Shown: one piece after another, positions 9,718-20,014 of the stretch | Position numbering within the stretch: position 1 is the first letter of the stretch | Layout: the number at the start of each line of letters is the position of its first letter | Notes under the pieces: generated by a model | Told to the model about the DNA's origin: nothing | Seen by the model: only the letters and a program-made list of their open reading frames with translations | Databases searched by the model: none | Virus record (IMG/VR): IMGVR_UViG_3300046694_000619 | Reading direction: 5' to 3' (one strand) | Origin: a virus | Taxonomy: Duplodnaviria > Caudoviricetes | Length of the DNA: 64,000 bases | Made by a program: the position numbers and the translations under genes

Positions 9718-10731
9718 ATGTCACGCCCATATCTGCTCTCTGGTTCCTTTGCCTACGACACGGTTTTTTCGCATCCCCACGCATTCGGGGCTCGCATCAA
9801 GCCCGACGCCATCGACAAGCTGAACGCATCCTTTCAGCTCGATTCTGTGGTCGAGGCGTACGGCGGTTGCGCCGGCAACATCGCCTACAACGCGGCCCAA
9901 CTCTGCGACAAGCCGATGCTTTTGGGCAACGTCGGCGCCGACGGTGAGCGATACCTGCGCCGCATCGAGAGCTGGGGCCTGGACGCATCCACAATCGGGG
10001 TTGTGCACGAACAGCCGACCGCGCACGCGTGGGTGCTCACGGATAAAGATGGGAACCAGCTGACCTCGTTTTATGCGGGCGCAATGGCCACGCCGCTACA
10101 GTCAGTCCACAGCGGCGCGCTGCCGACCAGTATCTACGGCAAGGCGCCATCGCTTTGGCATATTGCGCCTGAAGACCCCGTCAACATGGTCAAGCTGGCG
10201 TCGACTGCGCGCGCTGTAGGCGCGGAATACCTCTTTGACCCGGGGCAGGCATTACCGTCCTTGCTCAACAAGGACGCATCGCACATTTCGCCCCTGAGCG
10301 TCGTACTGCGGGAGGCAAAGGGCATTTTCCTGAACGAGTACGAGGCGGAGCTCCTGCGCTCGGAAGTCATTGACCTGAAGCATCTGCTGACCGGGAGCGA
10401 CCAGTTCATTGTGCGCACGCGCGGTGCGAAGGGTGTCGACCTTATCCGTCGGGATGGCCAGGTTTCCCTGCCGCCTGCGACGCCGGACAGGGTGCTGGAC
10501 CCAACGGGATGCGGAGACGCCTTCCGCGCTGGCTTCCTTCACGCCTACACGCGCGGACACCGCCTCGAGGATTGCGTGGCGCTCGGCGCCGTCATGGGCG
10601 CGGTCGTGGTGGGCTGTGAGGGTGGCCAGAACTACATCGCTTCTCGCGAGGACCTCTATGCGCGTTGGAATAGCTATCGCGCGGTCGTGCTCGGCGCCAT
10701 GGACGAAGTGCCGGTTGCAGACCTGGGCTGA
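9718..10731 (+). CDS. PfkB-family carbohydrate/nucleoside kinase (adenosine kinase-like)
   Basis: SGSFAYD, GGCAGNIAY, FDPGQ, NEYE, DPTGCGDAFRAG. Confidence 0.9.
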   Translation: MSRPYLLSGSFAYDTVFSHPHAFGARIKPDAIDKLNASFQLDSVVEAYGGCAGNIAYNAAQLCDKPMLLGNVGADGERYLRRIESWGLDASTIGVVHEQPTAHAWVLTDKDGNQLTSFYAGAMATPLQSVHSGALPTSIYGKAPSLWHIAPEDPVNMVKLASTARAVGAEYLFDPGQALPSLLNKDASHISPLSVVLREAKGIFLNEYEAELLRSEVIDLKHLLTGSDQFIVRTRGAKGVDLIRRDGQVSLPPATPDRVLDPTGCGDAFRAGFLHAYTRGHRLEDCVALGAVMGAVVVGCEGGQNYIASREDLYARWNSYRAVVLGAMDEVPVADLG

Positions 10732-10743
10732 CCAGAAAAGGAG

Positions 10744-11415
10744 ATGGACATGCATTGCAAGGTAATTCCAGTCATTCACTACGAGAACGACGCGCAGGCG
10801 ATGCGCAACGCAGAGCGCGCATTTGACGCAGATTGCGATGGCGTATTCCTGATTCACATGGACGGCGACAACGAGCTGCTCGCACCAATTGCGCGCCGTA
10901 TCAAATCGCGCTGGACTGACCACCTCCTGGTGGGCATCAACTATCTGGGCATGGACCCCGCGAAGGCCGTACTCGCCAACATCGCAAACGGTCTCGACAT
11001 GACCTGGACGGACGTGCAGCTTACGCACAGTTCGGCGGACCCGTGGACGTACGCGGAGATGATTCAGACGGCGCTTGCGAAGCACCCGACGCATCTGGTC
11101 TTCGCCGGCGTTGCATTCAAGCATCAACGCCCGGAACCGAACCCGGAACTGGCGGCGCGCATGGCCGACAAATTCGGCTTCATCGCGACCACGAGCGGCT
11201 CGGCAACGGGTGTCGCCGCGGAGCTCGACAAGATTGCACGGCTGCGCACGGCGCTGGGGGATGCGCCTCTGGCCATCGCAAGCGGCGTCACGCCCGAGAA
11301 TGTGCACGAATACGCACCACACCTCAGCCACATCCTCGTCGCGACCGGTGTGTCCGAGTCGTTTCACGAGTTCGACTACGAAAAGTTGTACCGGTTGCGC
11401 AGTCTCTGCCAGTGA
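10744..11415 (+). CDS. BtpA/SgcQ-like TIM-barrel protein
   Basis: IPVIH, DGVFLI, GINYL, FKHQ, TSGSATG, LAIASGVTPEN, LVATG. Confidence 0.75.
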   Translation: MDMHCKVIPVIHYENDAQAMRNAERAFDADCDGVFLIHMDGDNELLAPIARRIKSRWTDHLLVGINYLGMDPAKAVLANIANGLDMTWTDVQLTHSSADPWTYAEMIQTALAKHPTHLVFAGVAFKHQRPEPNPELAARMADKFGFIATTSGSATGVAAELDKIARLRTALGDAPLAIASGVTPENVHEYAPHLSHILVATGVSESFHEFDYEKLYRLRSLCQ

Positions 11416-11435
11416 TTGACGGTCTGTGAAGTTAC

Positions 11436-11463
11436 TTGCAAAAAACGAATAAGGTGGTATAAT
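11436..11463 (+). promoter_or_regulatory. sigma70-type promoter
   Basis: TTGCAA-N16-TATAAT with TG extension. Confidence 0.7.
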
Positions 11464-11489
11464 GCAAGGAACTTTTCAAGGACTGTCAC

Positions 11490-11912
11490 ATGGACAACAC
11501 CCTTCCTCGTCCCACATCTGAATGGCAGCACAGCAACGGCGTCCTTTACGTCGTGCTGTGCATTGCCAACGAATTCACCGAGCAACCTGACCGCTATCCG
11601 CAGACCGTCGTCTACATGGGGCTGAACGGTCGCGTGTGGTCACGCCCTGCTACGGACTGGCACCGCTCCATGACGCTGGTGCGAGATGCCGCCGACGCGC
11701 CGGCGGAGCAGGCGCAAGACTCGCAGTACGACCCGAGCCGCCCGGTGTCAGCCTCGAACCTGCCTGACAGCATGAGAATCACGCCGGATGCGGCGAAGAC
11801 GTTTCTGTCGCGCTGGCGCGCCGTTATTCAGGAACTGCCGGTCAGCCGCATTGCGCGTGCTCGCGGCCTGCCGGGTACGATTGTGGGCGAGCCGGATGGT
11901 GAAAGCGAATGA
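11490..11912 (+). CDS. DUF1653-like protein
   Basis: WQHSNGVLYVVLCIAN...TVVY...VWSRP. Confidence 0.6.
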   Translation: MDNTLPRPTSEWQHSNGVLYVVLCIANEFTEQPDRYPQTVVYMGLNGRVWSRPATDWHRSMTLVRDAADAPAEQAQDSQYDPSRPVSASNLPDSMRITPDAAKTFLSRWRAVIQELPVSRIARARGLPGTIVGEPDGESE

Positions 11913-12121
11913 AGGATGGCCGCGATACCCCGCAGGTCGCGGCGTCGGCCGTACCCGAATGCCCGGTTTTTGACCCCTATAGCCACGCGCGACCATTCGA
12001 AGACCGGCGGTTTCCTGCCGGCGGTGACAAGCCGTTCACTCGCTGGCGCGATGTCGAGCCAAAGCAGGTCCACGACCGTGATTTTGTTGCGCCCAGCGCG
12101 ACCGATGGAGCCATGGCATGA
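11909..12121 (+). CDS. hypothetical protein
   Basis: ATGA overlaps at both ends. Confidence 0.5.
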   Translation: MKDGRDTPQVAASAVPECPVFDPYSHARPFEDRRFPAGGDKPFTRWRDVEPKQVHDRDFVAPSATDGAMA

Positions 12122-12549
12122 AGGACATCGAAGTCAACGTATTTGACAAGCCATCGGGCAACATCATTGCGCTCGTGAATGGCTCGGTAGCGGCAGAAAG
12201 CGGTCGGCGCGCTGCGCTCTGCACGGCCAACGCCATCATTTTCACGGACCGGTCGCCGGACGTCACCGTCAACACGTCGCGCGGCCTGAGCCTGGCTTCG
12301 CTTGCGCAGACCATCGACATGTTGCAACGCTTCGAGGCCAAGGTGCGTGACCTGGCTGCGGCCTATGGCCCGAGCGGAACGCTTTCCGAGCCGTCCAAGG
12401 CGGCTGCGATTGCGAGTGCCGCGAACGTGCTGGTGCGACATCACCTGGATTCTGTCGAGGTGCATCCTTGCGACGAGCACAACGACGATGTGCGGGCAGC
12501 CCGCTGTATCAAGGAAATTCAAGACATGCACGCGGCACTTCAGCGCTGA
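12118..12549 (+). CDS. hypothetical protein
   Basis: GGAG RBS; translationally coupled. Confidence 0.6.
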   Translation: MKDIEVNVFDKPSGNIIALVNGSVAAESGRRAALCTANAIIFTDRSPDVTVNTSRGLSLASLAQTIDMLQRFEAKVRDLAAAYGPSGTLSEPSKAAAIASAANVLVRHHLDSVEVHPCDEHNDDVRAARCIKEIQDMHAALQR

Positions 12550-12595
12550 ACCTATACCGGATAGCAGCGTTTTGCTGTTAACCTGAGGACATATC

Positions 12596-12997
12596 ATGCT
12601 GAAAGCCGACTTCGCAATTCTGGCGCAGGTGCGTCACCAACCGGTAACGGTCCGCGCGCGTGACCTGGCCGACCAGACCCCGCGCACGCTCGCACACGGA
12701 TTCACCAACAAAGGCACCTTCCACGTCTACCTCGCGGCAGATGGAATTCACAAAGTGGTATATCAAAATACGGTGCCGGCCGTGCTGCTGTCGCACAAGC
12801 ACGAACGCGACGGACTGCAGCCGAGTGAATGCGTACCGAACGGGCATCTCTACCCGGAAGCGTGCGACTTCGCGTTCTGTACTCTGCTCAAGACCCGTGG
12901 TGTCGAGCTGCCATTCCTGGAATGGAATGACCGCCAGATGGTCCGGCGCTATCACGCCCAGATTCTGGACGAGCTGGCAACCGGCCTCGCTGCGTGA
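12596..12997 (+). CDS. hypothetical protein
   Basis: GAGGA RBS; CTATAC 38 nt upstream. Confidence 0.7.
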   Translation: MLKADFAILAQVRHQPVTVRARDLADQTPRTLAHGFTNKGTFHVYLAADGIHKVVYQNTVPAVLLSHKHERDGLQPSECVPNGHLYPEACDFAFCTLLKTRGVELPFLEWNDRQMVRRYHAQILDELATGLAA

Positions 12998-13021
12998 CCC
13001 GACCCTACAAGGAACCATGCC

Positions 13022-13201
13022 GTGAACATCAACCAGGCCATTGAGCGGCTTCAACAGCGCAAGGAAGAGTTCGGTGGAGATACCGACCTGACCACGCTGG
13101 AGTACGCCGGCGGCGATGACCGCCCGTGCGACGTCGTGGACTTCGAGTATGACAACGAGACCGGCTCGCTTCGCATCCGGACCCGTTTCCAGCCGCGATA
13201 G
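13022..13201 (+). CDS. small hypothetical protein (59 aa, absent from ORF track)
   Basis: GTG start after AAGGAA; [20 protein letters not shown]...FQPR; followed by a terminator. Confidence 0.6.
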   Translation: MNINQAIERLQQRKEEFGGDTDLTTLEYAGGDDRPCDVVDFEYDNETGSLRIRTRFQPR

Positions 13202-13220
13202 TTTCCTTTCTCTTCTCCAG

Positions 13221-13250
13221 AAGCCGCAGATTCTTTCTGCGGCTTTTTTT
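13221..13250 (+). terminator. intrinsic terminator
   Basis: AAGCCGCAGA...TCTGCGGCTT followed by T tract. Confidence 0.85.
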
Positions 13251-13383
13251 CGTCTGGAAACTATCAATTTCCCCACGCTTGGCTAAAGATTTTCGAACAT
13301 CTGCCGTTATTTTTGGCCATGCCGGGGCGCACCTCAACCATTTCCGTGGTCGGTGGGTGTGCTTACACACTGTTGAGGAAGTA

Positions 13384-14973
13384 ATGAAGTTGCAGGACAT
13401 CTCCGTCGCAAGGAAGTTTTTGGCGTCAAACATCGTTGTTCTCGTGATTCTCAGCCTTGCGGGCCTATGGCTTGAGCATTCTGTTTCCGCGGCCCAGAAA
13501 GAGGCGACTTCCCAGGTCGAGCAGATTGAGCGCGTGATAACGCTGGGCACCGAGTGGAAAGGGCTATCGGATGCGACGACACAGCGTGTGATAACAGCAG
13601 CGCTGCTCACCGAAGCCCCGTCGTTCGCACAAAAACTTGACTTCGAAGCTAACCGCGGCATCAAAGCCATCTCCACTTTGCAGGAGGAGCTGAAGAAAAC
13701 GGCCAACAAATCGGGCGACCAGGAAGCGATTGCCCGAATCGGGGACCTGCGCCAAACCGTGCTGTCGGACCTGAAAAATATGGCCGAGCTTAAGGCGGCC
13801 GGAAATTCGCAAGAGCTGCAGGCGTTCATCGAAGGGCGGTTGATGGCCGACCTCGGGCCCTATTTTGAGCTGCTCGACAGGTTCGTCAGCATGCAGGAGC
13901 AGCACCGCGTGCACGCCAAGAAGGCGGCCGCCGCGGCGACTCGCACGGCGGAAGTTACCAGCTATAGTCTGATGGTTCTGGCCGCGGTAGGCAGCTTCCT
14001 GTGGATGTGGATGCTGTCCCGCTCTATCGTGGTCCCACTGCAGCGCGCAGTCGGAGTGGCCAACGCCATTGCTGCAGGTGACCTGACGCAGACCCTGACT
14101 GTCGATGACCGCAAGGATGAGGTCGGCGCCCTGATGACGTCACTTGGTGCAATGAACGCCCGGTTGCGGCGCGTGGTCTCGGAGGTGCGCCGCGGGGTCG
14201 AGACAGTCAGCACAGCTTCATCCGAAATAGCGGCCAGCAACGCCGACCATTCCCTGCGTACCGAGCGCGCGGCCGCTAATCTGCAGGAGGCGGCAGCCTC
14301 TATGGAGGAACTCACGGGTGTCGTCTCGCACTCGGCCGATTCCGCGCGGCAGGCGAGCACGCTGGTCAACTCGGCGGCGCAGGCGGCGCGCCGGGGACAC
14401 GAAGTCGTCGACCAGGTGGTCGCGCGTATGAATGATATATCAGATAGTTCGCATAAAATATCAGAAATTACCAGCACCATCGACGGTATTGCGTTCCAGA
14501 CCAATCTTCTCGCGCTCAATGCTGCCGTTGAAGCGGCGCGTGCCGGGGCACAGGGAAAAGGCTTTGCCGTGGTAGCATCCGAGGTTCGGGCGTTAGCCTC
14601 TCGCAGTGCAGAGGCGGCCAAGCAAATCAAGGCGCTTATCGCAGCCTCCGTAGATAAAGTGGACACCGGAGCGGCTCTTGTGGCCCAGACAGGCGAGGTA
14701 ATGTCCGAGATTGTCCTGAGCGTAAAACGCGCGACGGATATGATGAACGAAATCTCGGCTGCGACGACTGAGCAGCTCGAAGGTATTACCCAGGTCAACA
14801 GGTCTGTCACTCATCTGGACGAGGTAACGCAGCAGAATGCCGCACTCGTCGAACAGTCGGTGGCCGCGGCGACGTCGCTGCGAGACCAGGCAACGAATCT
14901 TTTTGACCTGGTTGGAATTTTCAATGTTGGCGCGGACGTTCGTTCACAGAATCCTGGCGGACCGGGGGAGTAA
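13384..14973 (+). CDS. methyl-accepting chemotaxis protein
   Basis: Two TM segments, HAMP (GDLT..RKDEVG), signalling domain [32 protein letters not shown]. Confidence 0.95.
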   Translation: MKLQDISVARKFLASNIVVLVILSLAGLWLEHSVSAAQKEATSQVEQIERVITLGTEWKGLSDATTQRVITAALLTEAPSFAQKLDFEANRGIKAISTLQEELKKTANKSGDQEAIARIGDLRQTVLSDLKNMAELKAAGNSQELQAFIEGRLMADLGPYFELLDRFVSMQEQHRVHAKKAAAAATRTAEVTSYSLMVLAAVGSFLWMWMLSRSIVVPLQRAVGVANAIAAGDLTQTLTVDDRKDEVGALMTSLGAMNARLRRVVSEVRRGVETVSTASSEIAASNADHSLRTERAAANLQEAAASMEELTGVVSHSADSARQASTLVNSAAQAARRGHEVVDQVVARMNDISDSSHKISEITSTIDGIAFQTNLLALNAAVEAARAGAQGKGFAVVASEVRALASRSAEAAKQIKALIAASVDKVDTGAALVAQTGEVMSEIVLSVKRATDMMNEISAATTEQLEGITQVNRSVTHLDEVTQQNAALVEQSVAAATSLRDQATNLFDLVGIFNVGADVRSQNPGGPGE

Positions 14974-15046
14974 GTAGCGGGCTGCTGCGTCCGGAGACAG
15001 ACGCCGGCCGGCGGCTGGCGGCACACTCGAATTTCATCAAGACAAC

Positions 15047-16525
15047 ATGAAGAAAGCAAAGCTGTTTGAACTCCTGCGGGAACGTACCCGGGAACGCGGA
15101 GAGTTTCCAGCGCTCAAGAAAGCGCTCAGCGCCATCGCCGAGTCGATGAATGACGAAAAGGCGAGCAACGCCGAGCTAGCGGCCACCGTGCTGGGTGATT
15201 TCACGCTTACCCAGAAGGTTCTGAAGCTTGCCAACTCGGCGACGTACCACGCCTACGCGCGGGACGTGACCACCGTGTCGCGGGCCCTGCTTATTCTCGG
15301 TTCGGCCACGGTGGCCTACACGGCCATAAACATTCAGCTGATTGATACCTTCGAAGGCCTGGCCGAGTCGCGTGTGGAAGCGACCGAAGAGCTGACGATG
15401 GCCTCTTTTGCCGGCAAGCTTGCCAGAGAGTTCGCGACCAAGAGCGGTGAGGCTTTCGGAGAGGAAGCGGCCGTCGCCACCCTCCTGTATCAACTGGCCC
15501 GACTGCTGGTCGTCTTCTATTTCCCGGAGGAGTGGGAGCGTATTCGTGAGCTGCTCAAGCTGGGGCTCGGCGAAGAGGATGCTTTTCTTCAGGTATTGGG
15601 AGTCACCCCGGACGAGCTGAGCGAAGAGACCCTAAAAGAATGGTCTTTACCGCATCAAGTCATCCATAAGTCGGCGGCCCGACCCAAGGCGCCAGGTCAG
15701 CTCGTGGCCAATCATGCTGAATATCTGGCCTGTCTAGCGGGGTTGTCTACTGAGCTTTCTCAGGAGCTAACGCGCGGTGGAGATGAGGCACGCGTGCAGG
15801 CGGTGCTGCAGACCTATGCTCCCTCGCTGGGGCAGGACCCGATAGAGCTTGAGCAACTGGCTCGCGAGATGTTTGCAGCCGAGACACGGGAAAAAGAGCC
15901 GCAGGAAAAAGTTGAATTGCCAAGCCTGTCTGGAGGCAAGCCACTGGACGCAGAAATGCGTCTGGGCACGGCCGTAGAAGAGTTGGCGTCGACCGCGAAA
16001 GGCACAGAAGTCTCGTCGCTGACACAGATGGTTCTGGAATCCATGATGCAGGGCCTGGGCCTTGCCACGTGTGTCGCCTTCTTCCGAATACCGGCGAAGC
16101 AAAACTTTGAGGCGCGACTTGGGTTCGGAATGGCCAAGGACAGTCTTCCAAAGATGGCTTTTGAAGAAGCATTTGTGCCGGACATCTTCCATCTCGCGTT
16201 GGCTCAAGGCCGCTCGATTTTCATGGACGAAATCCATAACTCAAAGAATGATTCACGCATTCCGGAGTGGCACAAAAAAGTGTTCCCCAATGTGCGTTCA
16301 GTCTTGCTGGTGCCGCTTCAACTGAACGACCGCGCTATCGGACTGCTCTATGGAAACTGGGGCGAGCAGAGCTGCTCGAGTTTGAGCGACCAGGAATATG
16401 AGCATCTGCATGCGATGCGCAACATGGTGTCCACGGCCTTCGAAGAAGCGCTGAAGGCCCCACTGGGGGCCTTCTCTTTGATTGACGCGACCCAGAGAAA
16501 ACGGGGCCGCAAGCCAACGGTTTAA
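15047..16525 (+). CDS. HDOD-domain protein with C-terminal GAF-like domain
   Basis: DFTLTQKVLKLANS, TTVSRA..ILG, WSLP; C-terminal LLVPL...IGLLYG. Confidence 0.85.
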   Translation: MKKAKLFELLRERTRERGEFPALKKALSAIAESMNDEKASNAELAATVLGDFTLTQKVLKLANSATYHAYARDVTTVSRALLILGSATVAYTAINIQLIDTFEGLAESRVEATEELTMASFAGKLAREFATKSGEAFGEEAAVATLLYQLARLLVVFYFPEEWERIRELLKLGLGEEDAFLQVLGVTPDELSEETLKEWSLPHQVIHKSAARPKAPGQLVANHAEYLACLAGLSTELSQELTRGGDEARVQAVLQTYAPSLGQDPIELEQLAREMFAAETREKEPQEKVELPSLSGGKPLDAEMRLGTAVEELASTAKGTEVSSLTQMVLESMMQGLGLATCVAFFRIPAKQNFEARLGFGMAKDSLPKMAFEEAFVPDIFHLALAQGRSIFMDEIHNSKNDSRIPEWHKKVFPNVRSVLLVPLQLNDRAIGLLYGNWGEQSCSSLSDQEYEHLHAMRNMVSTAFEEALKAPLGAFSLIDATQRKRGRKPTV

Positions 16526-16564
16526 CGCGCGGGATGGTCGAGCCGGCGTCCGCCGGCCGACAGC

Positions 16565-17149
16565 TCAGGCGGGGCGCTTGTCAATGACCTTGTCGACGAG
16601 ACCATACTCCATGGCGCCGGGGGCGCTCATGTAGCAGTCACGGTCTGTATCCTGCTCGATACGTTCGAGGGGCTGGCCGGTGCGCTCGGCAAGAATGCGA
16701 TTCAGGTCCCCCTTCAGGCGCAGGATTTCACGCGCCGTGATTTCGATGTCACTCGCCTGGCCCTGGGCACCGCCCAGCGGCTGGTGAATCATCACGCGAG
16801 CGTTCGGCAGAGCATAGCGCTTGCCTTTCGCGCCGGCGGCGAGCAGGAATGCGCCCATGCTGGCGGCCATACCCATACACAGCGTCGAGACATCCGGCTT
16901 GACGAACTGCATAGTGTCGAAAATGGCGAGCCCAGCGCTCACGCTTCCGCCCGGCGAGTTGACGTAGAGGAAGATGTCCTTGTCCGGGTTGACGCTCTCG
17001 AGATAGAGCAGCTGGGCAACCACGAGATTGGCGGACTGGTCGTTCACCTGGCCGTTGAGAAAGACGATGCGTTCCTTGAGCAGGCGGCTGTAGATGTCAT
17101 AGGCGCGTTCGCCACGGCCGGACTGTTCGACAACGGTTGGGACCAGCAT
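16565..17149 (-). CDS. clpP: ATP-dependent Clp protease proteolytic subunit
   Basis: [29 protein letters not shown] (Ser), MIHQP (His), DRD. Confidence 0.97.
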   Translation of the reverse strand: MLVPTVVEQSGRGERAYDIYSRLLKERIVFLNGQVNDQSANLVVAQLLYLESVNPDKDIFLYVNSPGGSVSAGLAIFDTMQFVKPDVSTLCMGMAASMGAFLLAAGAKGKRYALPNARVMIHQPLGGAQGQASDIEITAREILRLKGDLNRILAERTGQPLERIEQDTDRDCYMSAPGAMEYGLVDKVIDKRPA

Positions 17150-17257
17150 GAATATGTCCTTGCGGTGATAGTTAACAACGATGGTGAATAGTCTACCATA
17201 AAAAACAACATAATTCCACATCGAGCAATAGTTAACCTTGTCCGGAAGGACATCCCT

Positions 17258-17512
17258 TCACTTTGCGTAGGCCTGGACCATTTCCAGGGCCTGAGACCAG
17301 TCCTGTGCGTAATGGTCGTCCTCGTACGGGTCATGGCCGGCAAATCCGCGGGGCGGCCATACGTTGAAGCCACTGTCGATGGGCTCGATTTCGATGTCGT
17401 GCTCTTTCGCCAGCGCCTTGGCGGTCTCCCGGGCCTTGCGATGTGTGTCCGGTCGGCGCGCAGCTGGCGCCTTGAACGTGCGCGAAATCATACTGGAGAG
17501 GGTTTTCGGCAT
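17258..17512 (-). CDS. hypothetical protein
   Basis: 84-aa ORF downstream of 17519..17671. Confidence 0.6.
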   Translation of the reverse strand: MPKTLSSMISRTFKAPAARRPDTHRKARETAKALAKEHDIEIEPIDSGFNVWPPRGFAGHDPYEDDHYAQDWSQALEMVQAYAK

Positions 17513-17518
17513 CGCGGA

Positions 17519-17671
17519 TTACGCTTTATTAACGTTGAGCCCGTCGGCCACGCGCTGGGCCAGCTCCTTCGAGCCGCTCACATGGATGCTGACGTTGTCG
17601 TCAGTGCCGTTCTCATCGTACAGCAGCCATTTGCCGGCGTCCTGCACGTCATCCACTATCCAGTGTTCCAT
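17519..17671 (-). CDS. small hypothetical protein (50 aa, absent from ORF track)
   Basis: GGAGG RBS; MEHWIVDDVQDAGKWLLYDENG...NKA. Confidence 0.6.
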   Translation of the reverse strand: MEHWIVDDVQDAGKWLLYDENGTDDNVSIHVSGSKELAQRVADGLNVNKA

Positions 17672-17859
17672 AGGGCCTCCAAGCGCGCCAATGAGAGAAA
17701 TGACACTATAGTAATAAATATCGTTGAAGTCAAATTATCCTACCAGTTGGCCCGTTTTTGAGTTCGCCCCACGATACAGTGGGCTGCAAAGGCCAGGTGA
17801 ACGGACGGCTCAGACTTTGTCGCGTTTTGCGAAAAAGACTCGGGAATACGGATGTTTTG

Positions 17860-17868
17860 TGATATACT
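17860..17868 (+). promoter_or_regulatory. extended -10 promoter
   Basis: TGATATACT 32 nt before ATG 17901, at the head of a long run of small ORFs. Confidence 0.6.
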
Positions 17869-17900
17869 GAACTCATCGTAAATCACATCAGGACACGAAC

Positions 17901-18269
17901 ATGTCGCACGCAGGAATGACCACTGCGCATCCGGACTGGCTGGGCCAGGTCAAGGAAGTCAATGTCACGCCGGAACACGCTGAAGGCCGCTCGGAAACGG
18001 GGGCGGTGCTGGCCGCGGTGGCGGACACAATGGACCAGGAGAACGAACCGTTTGCTGCCGGCGAGGTGATGGGTGTCGAAATCGACAAAGGGCCGGTCGG
18101 CGGACTCGCCTTCGCCATGATGGTGTCAACGGGGTGCGTCAATGACGACTTGCAACGAATTGCGAATGCGTTTGCGGTGACACCCAAGGATATTTCGCTG
18201 ATGTCTCCGGGCGTGTTGCTGAAGCAGGGACCGTTTACGGGTCTGGGTCACATCACGCCTCTTCGCTGA
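17901..18269 (+). CDS. hypothetical protein
   Basis: AGGA RBS; first gene of a small-ORF array. Confidence 0.65.
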   Translation: MSHAGMTTAHPDWLGQVKEVNVTPEHAEGRSETGAVLAAVADTMDQENEPFAAGEVMGVEIDKGPVGGLAFAMMVSTGCVNDDLQRIANAFAVTPKDISLMSPGVLLKQGPFTGLGHITPLR

Positions 18270-18279
18270 GGTCACGTTC

Positions 18280-18516
18280 ATGAAAAAGATAACGCTCGAC
18301 GAAATGATTGCCGAACTGCAGAAGCAGAAGGACGCTGGCGTCGCAGGCGAAACGGTCCTGGCGCTGCCGGGCACCGACAACAACGCGCGCGGCGGCTTCG
18401 TCAACTTCGAAGTGAAGCCGCATCTGGTGTCCGTCGCAAAGACCGACTACGAAAAAGGTTGGACCATCGCGAAGGTCGTGTCACAGCGCGGCGTTCAGGT
18501 TCTGGTGCTGGGTTAA
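18280..18516 (+). CDS. hypothetical protein
   Basis: GAGG RBS. Confidence 0.65.
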   Translation: MKKITLDEMIAELQKQKDAGVAGETVLALPGTDNNARGGFVNFEVKPHLVSVAKTDYEKGWTIAKVVSQRGVQVLVLG

Positions 18517-18527
18517 GGAGAGTCAGG

Positions 18528-18857
18528 ATGGGCTTCAGAACTGTGGTGCTGCTCGAAAACGACCGGGCATCCGAGTGGGAAAACGACCCGACACTGGGCA
18601 AGAAAATCGTGCACGCATCGATGTTTGCATCGGCGCGCATCGAAGCCAGCGACAAAGCATCGTTCGTCGGCGGCCGCGTGCTCGAATGCACGCACGCTGA
18701 CACGCAGACCCTGGCCGTGCTCGACAGCTACAACATGGATGCGCTGGCGCATTCGAACTGGCAACGAGGGCAAACCGCTGAAGATGTCGCTATCCAACTG
18801 CTGCGCCAGGCGGCCGACAAGCTCGGTTACACGCTCTCGAAGAAACCGACGCGATGA
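18528..18857 (+). CDS. hypothetical protein
   Basis: AGGAG RBS before ATG 18528. Confidence 0.65.
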   Translation: MGFRTVVLLENDRASEWENDPTLGKKIVHASMFASARIEASDKASFVGGRVLECTHADTQTLAVLDSYNMDALAHSNWQRGQTAEDVAIQLLRQAADKLGYTLSKKPTR

Positions 18858-18912
18858 CATGTGCGGCTCCCGCTCACACCGGGCAGTCGTCGCGTAAATA
18901 GAGGAAAAAGCT

Positions 18913-19119
18913 ATGTACACCGTCGTTGTTGAAGTCAAGGTCGTGAATACCGAGGGCGAGGTGGTCGACCATCACGGCTGGCCGCACATGAATCCAGAAC
19001 GCAAGTTCTCGCCGCTCAGGGCAGAGCAACGCTTCGTCACGTTCGAAGACGTCGAGAAAGCGCACAAGGCGATGAATGATGTGCACCGCCTCGTTGGCGC
19101 TGCCAAAGAACTCGTTTAA
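18913..19119 (+). CDS. hypothetical protein
   Basis: GAGGA RBS. Confidence 0.6.
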   Translation: MYTVVVEVKVVNTEGEVVDHHGWPHMNPERKFSPLRAEQRFVTFEDVEKAHKAMNDVHRLVGAAKELV

Positions 19120-19140
19120 GCGAAATACAAGGAATACACG

Positions 19141-19581
19141 ATGAATCTGGGTGACCAACTCAAGGCTGCGACGGTTGTGGAATCGGAATTTGCGCGACGG
19201 GCAGCGCTGCTGAAGGCAGCTGACGATGGCGAGAAGAATCTCGAGAAGACGTTGTTCGCACAGCACTTCTTCGACCACGCTTACCACATCTTCGCGCATC
19301 GCCTGATGAATGAACAGTTGCCGGGAAAGATGAAGCTCGGCGGACCGACGTTCCGCGAGGCCGCGACCGCACTCGGAACTTCGAGCTGGCACATCCCGGT
19401 CGGCGTTGGCTGTCACGGACATGCGGGTGGCCGCGGTGTCTGGTCAGCGGGCCATCCGTTGTTCCACGTCTGGAATGAGTTCCTCGAACGCTGCAAGGCG
19501 GCCGGGCTCGAACCGGAATGGTCGTCCAGCTATAACGGCAATGAGTCCTGGTACGAACTGACGGTCACGGCGGCGGCCTGA
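19141..19581 (+). CDS. hypothetical protein (paralog of 55622..56050)
   Basis: AAGGA RBS; shares NLG..LK, VW.EF....GL and SWYEL motifs. Confidence 0.65.
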   Translation: MNLGDQLKAATVVESEFARRAALLKAADDGEKNLEKTLFAQHFFDHAYHIFAHRLMNEQLPGKMKLGGPTFREAATALGTSSWHIPVGVGCHGHAGGRGVWSAGHPLFHVWNEFLERCKAAGLEPEWSSSYNGNESWYELTVTAAA

Positions 19582-19583
19582 GT

Positions 19584-19997
19584 ATGCACCACGAAGATGA
19601 CGTCGCCCGCCAGGTGTTCCGTGCTGCATGGGTCGGCCACGTTCAGCAAGTCGCGAGGCGTGCTCCGGTGCAGGATTACGATGGGACGATTCCGTGGGCG
19701 CTGCACCTCGAAGCCTACGAGGTGTACTGCAAGCGCTACCGTCCTCAGCCGCGCCTGATTGAAGGAAACTGCCGCGGAGGATTCAGCGCCGGCGAGCTCG
19801 ATGACTTCATTCCTGGCTGGCGCGCGAGGGTGTCGGTCGCCGCGGTGGGCCGGCCAGGTGATGAGGGCCGGGTGTGTAGCGCCTTCGTGAAATTCATCGA
19901 GGCCACGGGTGTGGCGCCTGGCGCCGCGGTGGCCACCGCTTTCATTCAAGCCACGCTGCCATTGATTGCAGACCAGATGGCTACGTCCGGAACCTGA
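19584..19997 (+). CDS. hypothetical protein
   Basis: Coupled ORF with IPW..HLEAYE.Y...RGGF..GEL. Confidence 0.6.
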   Translation: MHHEDDVARQVFRAAWVGHVQQVARRAPVQDYDGTIPWALHLEAYEVYCKRYRPQPRLIEGNCRGGFSAGELDDFIPGWRARVSVAAVGRPGDEGRVCSAFVKFIEATGVAPGAAVATAFIQATLPLIADQMATSGT

Positions 19998-20014
19998 GTG
20001 TCTACGAGGTGGTT

